A DNA stretch of 64,000 bases from Planctomycetota bacterium (GTDB lineage: Bacteria > Planctomycetota > B15-G4): positions 3,488,001 to 3,552,000 of the forward strand of contig CBDFJQ010000002.1 of the NCBI GenBank assembly GCA_965248575.1, in the 5' to 3' direction. Made by a program: the position numbers and the translations under genes. Shown piece after piece: positions 1-12,454 of the stretch. The notes below the pieces were generated by a model, which was not told the origin of the DNA, did not search any database, and was given only the letters and a program-made list of their open reading frames with translations. Positions within the stretch are counted from its first letter, which is position 1. Each line of letters starts with the position of its first letter.

Positions 1-2
1 CG

Positions 3-680
3 CTGCACGCGCGTCACGAGAACCGTTCGTGGCTCCTGCACACCGATGCGAGCCAGGCGTTTGGACGCGTTCCGGTGTCCTTCGCAGAGCTCGGCGTCGA
101 CCTCATGACGCTCACGGCCCACAAGCTTGGAGGGCCTACCGGAATCGGTGCACTGATCATCCGCGACGGAGTGCACAAACCACCCCTTGTCGTCGGCGGT
201 CCCCAGGAGGGATCTCGCCGAGCGGGCACTGAGTGCGTCATGCTCGCGGAGATGTTTGCTGCCGCTGCCGAGGAGGCCGTCGAACAACAGGCTCTCGAGC
301 ACCAGATGTGGGCGCGCTGGACGAGCCGCCTGCGCGCCGAATTGCCGCAGCTTGAGCCGGATCTGGAGATCCTCACAAACGCCGAAAACTCTTTGCCAAA
401 CACACTTTGCATTGCTTTCCCTGGGCGGCAGGGACAGACCCTCGTACACCGCCTCGACCTCGAGGGCGTGAGTCTGTCGCACGGCTCCGCATGTGCATCA
501 GGTTCCCTCGAACCGTCGGCCGTCTTGCTGGCAATGGGGTGTCGAGATGAAGTTGCTGAGTCGTCGCTCCGCGTCAGCTTCGGGCACGGACACGGGCGCG
601 AGGATCTCGACGTGTTTCTGGATCGACTCGCGGCGACGCTCAAGGCTGTTCAGCCGCGCTCAGGCACGCAAAAAAACTAG
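3..680 (+). CDS. Cysteine desulfurase, IscS/NifS family (5' truncated by window edge)
   Basis: Frame of ORF 75..680 stays open to the window start and reads LLHTDASQAFGRVP; PLP-lysine motif TAHKLGGPTGIG, RxGT motif, catalytic loop SHGSACASG, SSLRVSFG. Confidence 0.93.
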   Translation: MHARHENRSWLLHTDASQAFGRVPVSFAELGVDLMTLTAHKLGGPTGIGALIIRDGVHKPPLVVGGPQEGSRRAGTECVMLAEMFAAAAEEAVEQQALEHQMWARWTSRLRAELPQLEPDLEILTNAENSLPNTLCIAFPGRQGQTLVHRLDLEGVSLSHGSACASGSLEPSAVLLAMGCRDEVAESSLRVSFGHGHGREDLDVFLDRLAATLKAVQPRSGTQKN

Positions 681-764
681 CCGCGGACGACGCCACAACG
701 AACGCTGCAATCGCGCTTTGCGTTCGTACGCTTGGAAGCCCCGACGCTGACCCCCTGCGGGTCG

Positions 765-792
765 TTGACAGCATTCGGAAATCCACCATAGT
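765..792 (+). promoter_or_regulatory. Candidate sigma70-type promoter upstream of dnaA
   Basis: Perfect TTGACA at 765-770, 16-nt spacer, CATAGT at 787-792 (4/6 match to TATAAT). Confidence 0.5.
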
Positions 793-1047
793 GACCGCGC
801 ACACTCACCGTTGCAGCAGGCGTGACACAGGGCGTCTCGGGCACCAGCGTCGTCGGCCTCTTGTTCATCGAATCCTCGAAGCAGCTTGAGCCGGCGGTTG
901 GATTGCAACGGAGGGGTCACACATGCGGCGCTCGCATGGGTGGTCGGTTGACGGCTGCTCGTGCTGCCACGGGCGTTCCACCAGACGTCGTACCGCCGTA
1001 TCCGTCCGTCCCGTCGTCCTGCGTCGTTCCACGTCCAGTGCGCCGCA

Positions 1048-1124
1048 GCCGTTCGCCGTAGCCGTTCGCCGTAGCCGTTCGCCGTAGCCGTTCGCCGTAG
1101 CCGTTCGCCGTAGCCGTTCGCCGT
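1048..1124 (+). repeat. Perfect 13-bp tandem repeat (GCCGTTCGCCGTA) x5.9 upstream of dnaA
   Basis: Units start at 1048, 1061, 1074, 1087 and 1100, plus a 12/13 copy at 1113-1124; ends 22 nt before the dnaA ATG. Confidence 0.97.
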
Positions 1125-1146
1125 TGACCTGGAAACCCACTGCAGC

Positions 1147-2541
1147 ATGAGCGCGCCCGAGACCTCGGAAGATCTGAACACCCAGCTCCTGGCGGCTCTG
1201 AAAGAGCTCGTGAGCGAGCGGAAGTTCGACCTCTGGTTTTCCGGATTGCGGGTGGTCTCCGACCACGTTGAGAGCTTGGATCTCGCTGTGCAGAACCCCT
1301 TCCACCACGAGTGGATCAAGACCTACTACATGGATGTGCTCCAGAAGGCCGTGGAGCAGATTGCAGGAGCTGATCGCTCGTTCCAGCTGCTGGTCGAGGA
1401 CGCGGCGCCGGCCCCAAGTGCCCCGGTGTCTGAATCCGTGCCCGCCCCGCCCAAGCCGATGCTGGATCCGGTCCTGGACATCCGCGGCCAGAACGAGCGC
1501 TACTTCCAACAGAACTCCGACGTCGTCCTGAACCAGAAGTACACCTTCGAGAACTTCGTGGTGGGCCCGAGCAATCAGCTCGCCCACGCTGCCTCGATGG
1601 CTGTGGCGGACGCGCCAGCTGGTTCCTACAACCCGCTCTTCCTGCACGGCGCCGTGGGATTGGGGAAAACCCATCTGCTCCAGGCCATCTGCCACAAGGC
1701 CATGGACTCCAACCGCTCCCTAAAAGTGCTGTACTTATCGAGCGAAACCTTCGTCAACCAGTTCATCTCCGCCATCGAACAAGGTGACCTCAGTCGGTTC
1801 CGCTACAAGTACCGGAGCGTCGACCTCCTGCTTATCGATGACATCCACCTGCTGGCGAACAAGGAACGGACCCAGGACGAGTTCTTCCACACCTTCAACA
1901 CGCTCTACAACGACCAGCGTCAGATCGTGCTTTCGAGCGACAGTCCTCCGTCCGAGATACCCACCCTCCGAGAACGGTTGATCAGTCGCTTCAAGTGGGG
2001 GCTCGTGGCTCAAATCGGAACCCCTGGATACGAGACACGCCAGGCCATCCTGAGGCGCAAGGCCCGGGACCGTTCGCTGGAGCTGCCCGAGGATGTGCTC
2101 GACTACCTCGCGGAAAAGATGAACCGGAACATCCGCGAGCTGGAAGGTGCCGTGACCAAGGTGCTTGGGTACTCCCAGCTCACCGGCCGGACCATCGATC
2201 TCAGTCTGGCGCGCGAAGCCCTGGGCCAGTCGGGCGACGAGTCCCATCGCAGCGTCATGGGCGTTGACCGGATCCTGGAAGTGGTCTGCAAGCACTACGG
2301 CGTGAGGATCTCCGACCTGCATGGGCGGCGGCGGACCCAGTCCATCGTCCTTCCGCGCCAGGTGGCGATGTATCTCACGCGAAAACTGACCCCTCTCTCG
2401 CTGACGGAGATCGGCGCTCGCTTCGGCGGCCGCGATCACTCCACCGTGCTCTACGCCGTCAGCAAGATCGAGGAACGGATGAGTAAAACGCCGAGCTTTG
2501 ACCAGCTCCTGAACGAGTTCGAAGCTCGTCTGCAGCGCTGA
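1147..2541 (+). CDS. dnaA: Chromosomal replication initiator DnaA
   Basis: YTFENFVVGPSN, YNPLFLHGAVGLGKTHLL (Walker A), LLLIDDI (Walker B), RLISRF, NIRELEGA, domain IV RQVAMYL...FGGRDHSTV. Confidence 0.99.
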   Translation: MSAPETSEDLNTQLLAALKELVSERKFDLWFSGLRVVSDHVESLDLAVQNPFHHEWIKTYYMDVLQKAVEQIAGADRSFQLLVEDAAPAPSAPVSESVPAPPKPMLDPVLDIRGQNERYFQQNSDVVLNQKYTFENFVVGPSNQLAHAASMAVADAPAGSYNPLFLHGAVGLGKTHLLQAICHKAMDSNRSLKVLYLSSETFVNQFISAIEQGDLSRFRYKYRSVDLLLIDDIHLLANKERTQDEFFHTFNTLYNDQRQIVLSSDSPPSEIPTLRERLISRFKWGLVAQIGTPGYETRQAILRRKARDRSLELPEDVLDYLAEKMNRNIRELEGAVTKVLGYSQLTGRTIDLSLAREALGQSGDESHRSVMGVDRILEVVCKHYGVRISDLHGRRRTQSIVLPRQVAMYLTRKLTPLSLTEIGARFGGRDHSTVLYAVSKIEERMSKTPSFDQLLNEFEARLQR

Positions 2542-2902
2542 ATCCGAACAGCATGCTCGCGCCCATCCACCCCTCTAGTGTCCGAATCCAAATCGAACCC
2601 CGTGCGAGGGATCGAATGGTGTCGAACTTTCGTGGACAGTCTGTTGGCCAACGGTGTGGGCTTCGGGGATGGAACCAGCTCACCCTCGCCTGCCCCTCCG
2701 ACGACCGACCTGCGGTTGGAACAACCACCCCCCCGCAGTGCATACTGTGCAGTTTCGTCGACGATCTCAAATCGCCGCAAGTGCCGTCCCAAGCGTGCTT
2801 TGGTTTCGCAGCACCTGACTTACCGACAATCCGAACGCCTCTATGATGATGATGGTCAATTCATAGATAAAAGATACTCACAACACCCGGAAGACCGGAC
2901 CC
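2542..2902. other. Probable replication origin (oriC) between dnaA and dnaN
   Basis: Typical position. Variant DnaA box TTACCGACA at 2820-2828 (7/9), then a short GC-containing stretch, a TAT-GAT-GAT-GAT trinucleotide run (2842-2853) and an AT-rich tract (about 2856-2885). Degenerate boxes at 2620, 2631, 2642 and 2655. Confidence 0.7.
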
Positions 2903-4006
2903 ATGAAGCTGGTCACACCTCGAGAGCCTTTCCTGTCGCACCTCCAGTTCGCGGCATCTGTTTGTCCCACTCGCAGCACGCGTCCGATTCTCATGGACGT
3001 GCTCGTGTCCGTGGAGGGAGATCACGTACGCATCACTGCCACGGATGGAGACGTCTCCGTTCGCAAGCGTTACACCGCCGACGGTGTGTCCGGCGAAGGC
3101 GAAGCAGCACTTCCCGCTTCGACCCTGCTGTCAGCCGTGCGCTCGATGGACGCCGATGAGATCACCATCGAAGAGCAGGACGGTGTGCACGTCCTCTCGG
3201 GAGGGCGCGTCCGCTTTCGCCTCAACGGCGATGACACGACGCTGTTCCCCTCGATCCCGGAGCTCGAACCGGAACGGGGGCTGGAGCTACCGGTCACGAG
3301 CTTCTTGAGCCTGGTCAACCGGACGATGTTCGCTGCCGCCAAGGAGATGGGCCGGTACGCGTTCAACGGGGTTCTGCTTGAGGTCGAGTCAGATGCTCTG
3401 AGCCTCGTGGCCACGGACGGCCGTCGTCTGGCCCTTGCGAAGCTCGAGGGCATGGACACCGGCATCACCGACAAGATCTCCGTGGTGGTCCCTGTGAAGG
3501 GCCTCACGCAGATCCTGAGGGCTCAGTTCGAAGAAGATTCGATTCTTCGTATCGAAATCCGTGAAGCCATGGTGGCGTTCAGCCTGCCTTCGGTGGAGAT
3601 CCAGGCGCAGCTCGTGGAGGGTGAATTCCCCGACTACCGGGCGGTCATCCCGAAGGACGGCGACACCCCTCAGGCGGTGGCGATTCCCCGGGCGGAGTTC
3701 GCCCAGTCCATCCAGCGCGCGTCCATCACGGCGGGCGACGATGGGCCGGCGGTGGCACTGGGCTTCGGCGACAACCAACTGACCGTGGCCTCACGCCAGG
3801 AAGGTGTTGGAGATTCCCGCAGCGAGCTGGAGGTGGCCTACGAGGGCGAGGCCGTGGAGCTCCGCTTCAACCCGGGCTTCCTGAGCGAGTACCTCAAGAC
3901 CTTGACCGAGGAGAAGGTGACCTTCCGCTTCCGAGACCGCATGTCTGCGGGGCTTTTCGAGGCCTCTCAGAACTCCCTGTACGTCATCATGCCCATCACC
4001 TCCTGA
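2903..4006 (+). CDS. dnaN: DNA polymerase III beta sliding clamp
   Basis: 367 aa; RPIL, ATDG, FNGVLL, VATDGRRLA, EGEFPDYRAVIP, FNPGFL, YVIMPI C-terminus. Confidence 0.98.
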   Translation: MKLVTPREPFLSHLQFAASVCPTRSTRPILMDVLVSVEGDHVRITATDGDVSVRKRYTADGVSGEGEAALPASTLLSAVRSMDADEITIEEQDGVHVLSGGRVRFRLNGDDTTLFPSIPELEPERGLELPVTSFLSLVNRTMFAAAKEMGRYAFNGVLLEVESDALSLVATDGRRLALAKLEGMDTGITDKISVVVPVKGLTQILRAQFEEDSILRIEIREAMVAFSLPSVEIQAQLVEGEFPDYRAVIPKDGDTPQAVAIPRAEFAQSIQRASITAGDDGPAVALGFGDNQLTVASRQEGVGDSRSELEVAYEGEAVELRFNPGFLSEYLKTLTEEKVTFRFRDRMSAGLFEASQNSLYVIMPITS

Positions 4007-4044
4007 GCGGTTTTCTCTCGGGGGCATCCTAGGCGGCGGAATCC

Positions 4045-7290
<3,246 letters not shown>

Positions 7291-7294
<4 letters not shown>

Positions 7295-9771
7295 CGGACT
7301 TTACCCAGCCGATCCAGAAGCGTCTCGCTCTGAGCCGCAAAGGACGGTCGGAAGCTGATGCTGAAGCGGGTGTCGGCCCGGCTGTTGAGCCTGTCTGCCC
7401 CGCCGCCAGGTGTCTTGGGCAGGGTGCTGCGACCCCGGCGCCGGCTCAGTTCGATGTCGATCAACCAGCGGTGGGCTTGCTGGCTGAGGATGATGCCGCG
7501 CTTGCTGTTCTCGTTCAGCAGCAGATCGCGTTGATTGTAGGCAGCAAAGGTCCAGCGGGGCGTCAGGACCCACTGCACGCCGGCGGTGAGGAAGTCGGAG
7601 ACGCGCCGCGATTTGTTGTGCGCAATCAGGACCCGTTGGTTCTCGCCGAAGGGCGACGAGTACGACGCAAAGGAATCGACGCTGGCCCAGCTTTGAGGGT
7701 TGTAGCGGCTGCGCCATCGCACCACCGATTCGCGCAGGCCGACGATGTCTGCCCCTGGTTTCCAGAGCGTGTCGATGGTGACCAGGCCCCTGGTCTGCCC
7801 TTCGGGTGTGCCAGCCTTCGTGTTGGTGGCAACCAGGTTGTCCCGGTCCTCGTTCGGGAAGAAGGGCATGGAGATGTCGGTGTCGAGCGTCGTGACCACC
7901 TTGTCGTTCTGGTGCGTTTGCACACGATGGCGCACGCCAACGGTGAAGGCATGGGTGTTCGCCAGCTCCTCCGTGGTGTCGATGGCGAAGAAGTCCTCGG
8001 GCCCGTGGTTGGCCTCGAAGACGCCTTGGTATCCGACGCGCGGTTCGAGAATCTGCCGAACCCCCTGCATGTTCCAGAGATCGCTTTCGTAGGGGGCCGA
8101 GCCGGAGTAGGTCCGGACCCATTCGACGCCTCCCAGCGCGGCATACCGGATCGCGCCGCCTTGGTCCGTCACGCTCGTGTCGATGGCGTTGCCCGGGGTG
8201 GGGTCCTGGGTGCGCGCCGACGTCTCGAAGCCGGTGATGTCATAGCCAGCGCTGACGGTGACGCGGTCGTCTCCCACATCCAGCGGCCAGAGCAGCGTGC
8301 CGCGCGTCCCTGCCCTGATGTTGCGTTGCGAGTCCGGCTGCGTCGGCTTCGGAGGGGGTGTCGCCGTGCCCAGGGCCTTCTTCTGGTCGGCAGGGAAGTC
8401 CGGTCTGAGTACCTGCTCAGCTCTCAAGGCTGCGCTGTCCACGAAGTCGACGCTGTTGAAGTAGGCGGTTCCGAACCACCCGGTGTCGACCTGTTCACCC
8501 GACAGGCGTCGCTCGACGCGCGGGAGGTACTCGACCTGGGTCTGGTGCCGGTTCAAGCGGGCCCGGGTCAGCACCGTGAGGGCTTCGTTGTCCTCCACAT
8601 CGCGGTAGCTGACGTACGTCTCCTGCTGTTTACCCACACGGTCTTCGTGCTCGTAGAACTCGCTCAGGTACTCACCGTCACTCACGTAGGAGAGTTCGAC
8701 GTCGACCGTCCGGTGGTCATCGAGCCGGGTCCGGTGCTCGAGATCAATGCGCCCACGCGTGTTGTCGAAGATGGGCTGATCCAGCTCGTCCCGGCGGTTG
8801 TGGTCGTAGATGTAGGAGCCGAACAGCTCTCCCTTCGAGCGTTCGGTCTCGTACGACCACTTGGGTTGATAGAACACGCCGCGGCTGGAGTAGTTGTTCA
8901 GCTCCAGCTCCCACTTCGCATCCACGGGACTGTCGGTGCCGAGCAGCCTGCCCACTCCGGCGCCCAGCTGGGAGGCATCCCCTCCCCACTTGGTGCGGAT
9001 CTCGGTCCCCAGCCGGCGCGAACTACCGAAACCGACTCCCCGCAGAGGCGGCTCGGCCTTGTCGATGTTGAAGTGCAGCGCCGGCAACCAGAGGAACGGG
9101 ATGCCCCCGAGGTGGGCGCTGTTCCAGCTCGTATGGAGGATCCGGCCTTCATCCGTGGGGATCATGCGTGTCCACGGTGTGTCGAGGGACCAGTGGGCGT
9201 GGGCGAAGTCGCAGGTGGTGTAGGAAGCGCCCTCCAACTCCCGGACCCCATCTGCCATCTGGCGCATGATCCGATACCGGACCACGACCGGCGTGTCGGT
9301 GAAGGTCGACCTCGATTCGCCTTCCAGGACGGTCAGGGTTCCCTTCTCGTTGTCCACGTAGATGGACTTGGCGCCGACGATGCGCTCGTTCTTCTCCTCG
9401 AGGGTGACGTCTCCGTCCACGAACAGCTCAAGCACCCGGCTTCCGGGAAGAACGGACTCGCCGGCGCCGATCTTGGACTTGCCCGTCCCGTGGGCGCTGC
9501 GCTTCAGCACCGCCACCAGTGTGTCGCCACGCATCCGGCGATCGCCCTGGGCGATGTCGACGCCACCAAAGAAGACCCAGATGATTCGTTCGGGGTCGTC
9601 GGCATCGGGAAAGCCGGTGTTGCCTCCTTCCGAGCGCACCACGATGGGGTCCGATTGGGCATGGAGCCCGCTGGCACCGAGCCCCAGGAAAGCCAGGGCG
9701 AGGGCCAGGAGGACGGCCCAGCGTGCGCGCCGGGCGCCCAGGAACACGTAGAATCCGTCGCGTGGGTGCAC
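7291..9771 (-). CDS. lptD: LPS-assembly outer-membrane protein, LptD/OstA-like
   Basis: Signal peptide (RRARWAVLLALALAFLGLGASGLHA), N-terminal OstA-like beta region, ASYTTCDF motif, IPFLWLP, SYVSDGEYL..F, long alternating beta strands. Start uncertain (GTG 9771 or 9747; ORF open to 9885). Confidence 0.8.
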
Positions 9772-9781
9772 GGCAGCCGGG

Positions 9782-12454
9782 TTAGCGATCGGGGTCAATT
9801 TTGGAGGTGTTCTGGGGGGTGAACCAGCGCAAGGCTTCGGGCCAGACTTCGAGACGTGGTGAGCTCTGCCACGAATCAAGGACACCGAGACGGCAGTCTC
9901 CGATGAGCACGAGATGGTCGTTGGGGACGTCCCAGCTCAGCTCGTTGGCCTCAACTTTCATGTCGCCGGCACTCATGCGGATACGCCCCGTCGCCTCCAG
10001 TTCCTGCAGCTTGTCGAACGAGTCCAGCCCCACTCGAATGTAGGCTGAGGGGTCTGTTTCGAGGGTGTAGAGCTTGCCATCTCGCATGCGCTGAATCGCA
10101 CATTCGCCGAACAGTTCGAGGCGCTTCTTGGGCATGTCCACGAGCAGGCGGTCGGCGGAGAAGCCGCTGCCGTTGGGGCCACGTCCGAAGACGTTTTCCC
10201 GGAACTCCCCCACTCCCTGGCTCAGGGGGTCCACGGCGCCAGTGGGCGACGCCCAGGTGAAAGGCCCATCGCTCTGGATCTCACGCGTGCTGCCATCGCT
10301 GCCAACGGTCCTCAGGAGCACATCTCTCTCGAGAGAAAAGTGGCCTCTCTGCTGGTCGAACTTGAGCACCGTGCCATGCCCTGAGAGCCCCGGACTGGAC
10401 CAGCTCACGGCGACTGGTGAGGACAGCACATAGTTCTGCACAGCTGGGATAGAGCTGGGGCTCAACCCGGGCCCCGAGCCGGGCGAAGTCTTCAACTCCA
10501 GTTCTTCTGACCGGACCCAGCCGTCTTCGCCGCGGGAGACCTGAGCGGACCCCATCAAGCGCACGATGCGTCGCATACCGTCTGCGGTGATCGCCTTCGC
10601 CGAGAGTTCCAGCCCATCTGCCGATTGGGCGCGTACGGGGCCGCGGAACTCTCCGTGCCCGGCTTCGGGCCCGAGCTGCCGGTCTTCAGGGAGCCACCAG
10701 CTCAGGCCGTCGTCTGCTTCGAGCCAGGAGTTCCCGCCTCCCGCTGCTGGCTGGGTGATGCGTGCTTGGCGCGCGACCTCGAACACCCGCTCCACGTCGT
10801 CGAGGCTCAAGCCAAAGCCGGTGATGTGCGCGTCGTTCCAACTCAGCTGGAAGTCCTGGGGCGCGGAGACCTGGGTCGCCGTGACGTCGAGCTGTGACCC
10901 CGTGAGCGTCAGCTGTGTGCCGCCGGTCTCCTGTTGCACCAGGGTCACCGCATCCCGGGCGTGGACGGCCGAAGGAGCGCCCAACTCATCCAAGGTCATG
11001 GTGATGCGGCCCGCTGAGAGGTCGCGGTGTTGATCGGGGAGCTCGAACTCGACATGGCACTCACCGTCCAGCACCAGCTCGCGCCCGGCTTCGTCGTAGA
11101 TCAGGAGCGCGCAGGAGAAGCTGCCCAACTCGGGCACGGAACCCTCGACCGGGCCCTTGAAGCGGGCCTTGATTCCATTGCCCACGACGCCGGCTGCAGC
11201 AGCTTGGGTCTTGAGAAACACACCACCTGGCGAGGAAATACGCGCTCCTGCAAGAGCGGTCGGCCCACCCTCAGCAGACGCGGTGTTCTGGATCAGCACG
11301 TCCGCAAGCAGATCCAGCGTCCCCTCGGTCTCGTGCCAGCGGAGTCCGACCGCCTCCAGGTCGAACGTGCCGTAGCGACCCGTGACCGGGCCAGGAGCGA
11401 CGAATTGCCCGTCACGGCTGTTCAGCAGCTCCGTTTCAAACCAGCCGGGGGTGGCGGCTTCTTTGGACTCCAGGCGTACATGGCCCTTGGCCCGGTCGAG
11501 CTCCCAGCCACCGCTGTCGGAGCGCAGGACGCTGAGCTCGTCGGCCTCCATGTTCCACAAGGCACCGTCGCGCACGAGGCCCACGACGGCTTCACCTCTC
11601 ATGACCATGGCGCCCGTGCCATCCTCCCAATCGAGTGTCTCGCAGGAGAGGCGCGAGCCATCTGAGGAACGCCCCGTCACCGGACCGTGCAGCCGCCCCT
11701 GTCCTCCGGTTGTGTCCGCGCTGGCAGCGTTCCATGTCAGTCCGCGCGGCGAGCTGAGCCAGGCTTCCCTGTCGCCGCTGAGATCGAGCCGCTCGATTTC
11801 CTGAAAACGGAGTTCCTGGCGGACGTCGTTCCAGCGCATGTCACGTCCCCGCAGCGTCATGGACGCCCGGGTCAGGGTGACTTCGCCCGGCGCGGAGAGC
11901 TCATCCCCTTCGTAGTGCAGCTCCTGGGTGTCGAACGTGGCGCGGGCTCCCTGCTCCAGGGGCATTTCGCCGTGCACGTTTCCGGTCAGGGAGAAGTTCT
12001 TCGAATCCACGGCGTCCATCTGGAAGCCGATGCCGAGCCCTCCGCCCATTTGGCTGACAGAGAGACGGCCGTGCTCACTGGAGATGCTGCCGGTTTCGGC
12101 TCCTGTTTCCGGGTCCAGCAGCGTGACGTGCGGCGAGTCGACGAGGATGAACGCCCCTGAATCGTCCAGATTTCCCCCGAGGATGTGGATGCGGTGCGAG
12201 GGGCGCGGCACGAGTCGACCATCGGGCAGCTCGATGTTCCGCGTGGAAACGAAGGAGGACTCCACTAACTTGAACTGGGTCGCCGTGCCGTCTTCTGGGT
12301 CCCGGATGGTGATGGCATCGAGACCTGCACCATCGGCCGTGCCGAAGGCCGGCCCCCGAGTGGGCAGCGGTTCCTCCTCCACGGAGAAAACCACGGCCAA
12401 GCCCGCGGACACCATCGCCATGAAGATGAGGGTGCGGCGGACGGCGGGCTTCAA
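9782..12454 (-). CDS. Large membrane-anchored LptC/LptA-like beta-jellyroll repeat protein (~890 aa)
   Basis: One N-terminal hydrophobic helix, an LptC-like pattern (SPHVTL, ISSEHG, LTGNV, TQELHY, SAPGEV, LRGRDMRW), then four internal repeats; lies between kdsC and lptD. TTG at 12454 overlaps the kdsC stop (TTGA). Confidence 0.7.
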   Translation of the reverse strand: MKPAVRRTLIFMAMVSAGLAVVFSVEEEPLPTRGPAFGTADGAGLDAITIRDPEDGTATQFKLVESSFVSTRNIELPDGRLVPRPSHRIHILGGNLDDSGAFILVDSPHVTLLDPETGAETGSISSEHGRLSVSQMGGGLGIGFQMDAVDSKNFSLTGNVHGEMPLEQGARATFDTQELHYEGDELSAPGEVTLTRASMTLRGRDMRWNDVRQELRFQEIERLDLSGDREAWLSSPRGLTWNAASADTTGGQGRLHGPVTGRSSDGSRLSCETLDWEDGTGAMVMRGEAVVGLVRDGALWNMEADELSVLRSDSGGWELDRAKGHVRLESKEAATPGWFETELLNSRDGQFVAPGPVTGRYGTFDLEAVGLRWHETEGTLDLLADVLIQNTASAEGGPTALAGARISSPGGVFLKTQAAAAGVVGNGIKARFKGPVEGSVPELGSFSCALLIYDEAGRELVLDGECHVEFELPDQHRDLSAGRITMTLDELGAPSAVHARDAVTLVQQETGGTQLTLTGSQLDVTATQVSAPQDFQLSWNDAHITGFGLSLDDVERVFEVARQARITQPAAGGGNSWLEADDGLSWWLPEDRQLGPEAGHGEFRGPVRAQSADGLELSAKAITADGMRRIVRLMGSAQVSRGEDGWVRSEELELKTSPGSGPGLSPSSIPAVQNYVLSSPVAVSWSSPGLSGHGTVLKFDQQRGHFSLERDVLLRTVGSDGSTREIQSDGPFTWASPTGAVDPLSQGVGEFRENVFGRGPNGSGFSADRLLVDMPKKRLELFGECAIQRMRDGKLYTLETDPSAYIRVGLDSFDKLQELEATGRIRMSAGDMKVEANELSWDVPNDHLVLIGDCRLGVLDSWQSSPRLEVWPEALRWFTPQNTSKIDPDR

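Noticed and set aside
1048..1124. 13-bp repeats as a CRISPR array or E. coli-type DUE 13-mers
   Set aside because: No spacers, unit too short and no cas genes; the unit is about 69% GC (9/13), so it is not an unwinding element.
660..1695. Minus-strand ORFs 660..1319 and 865..1695 with ANGYGERLRRTAT repeats
   Set aside because: These are translations of the 13-bp DNA repeat and antisense shadows of dnaA.
2553..3159. ORFs 2553..2846 and 2578..3159 in the dnaA-dnaN gap
   Set aside because: No recognisable motifs, one overlaps dnaN out of frame, and the region is better explained as oriC.
7471..9822. 783-aa plus-strand ORF, and similar long antisense ORFs at 12529, 19262, 21922, 53617, 55704 and 59385
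   Set aside because: Antisense shadows of real genes, expected in high-GC3 DNA; no domain motifs.
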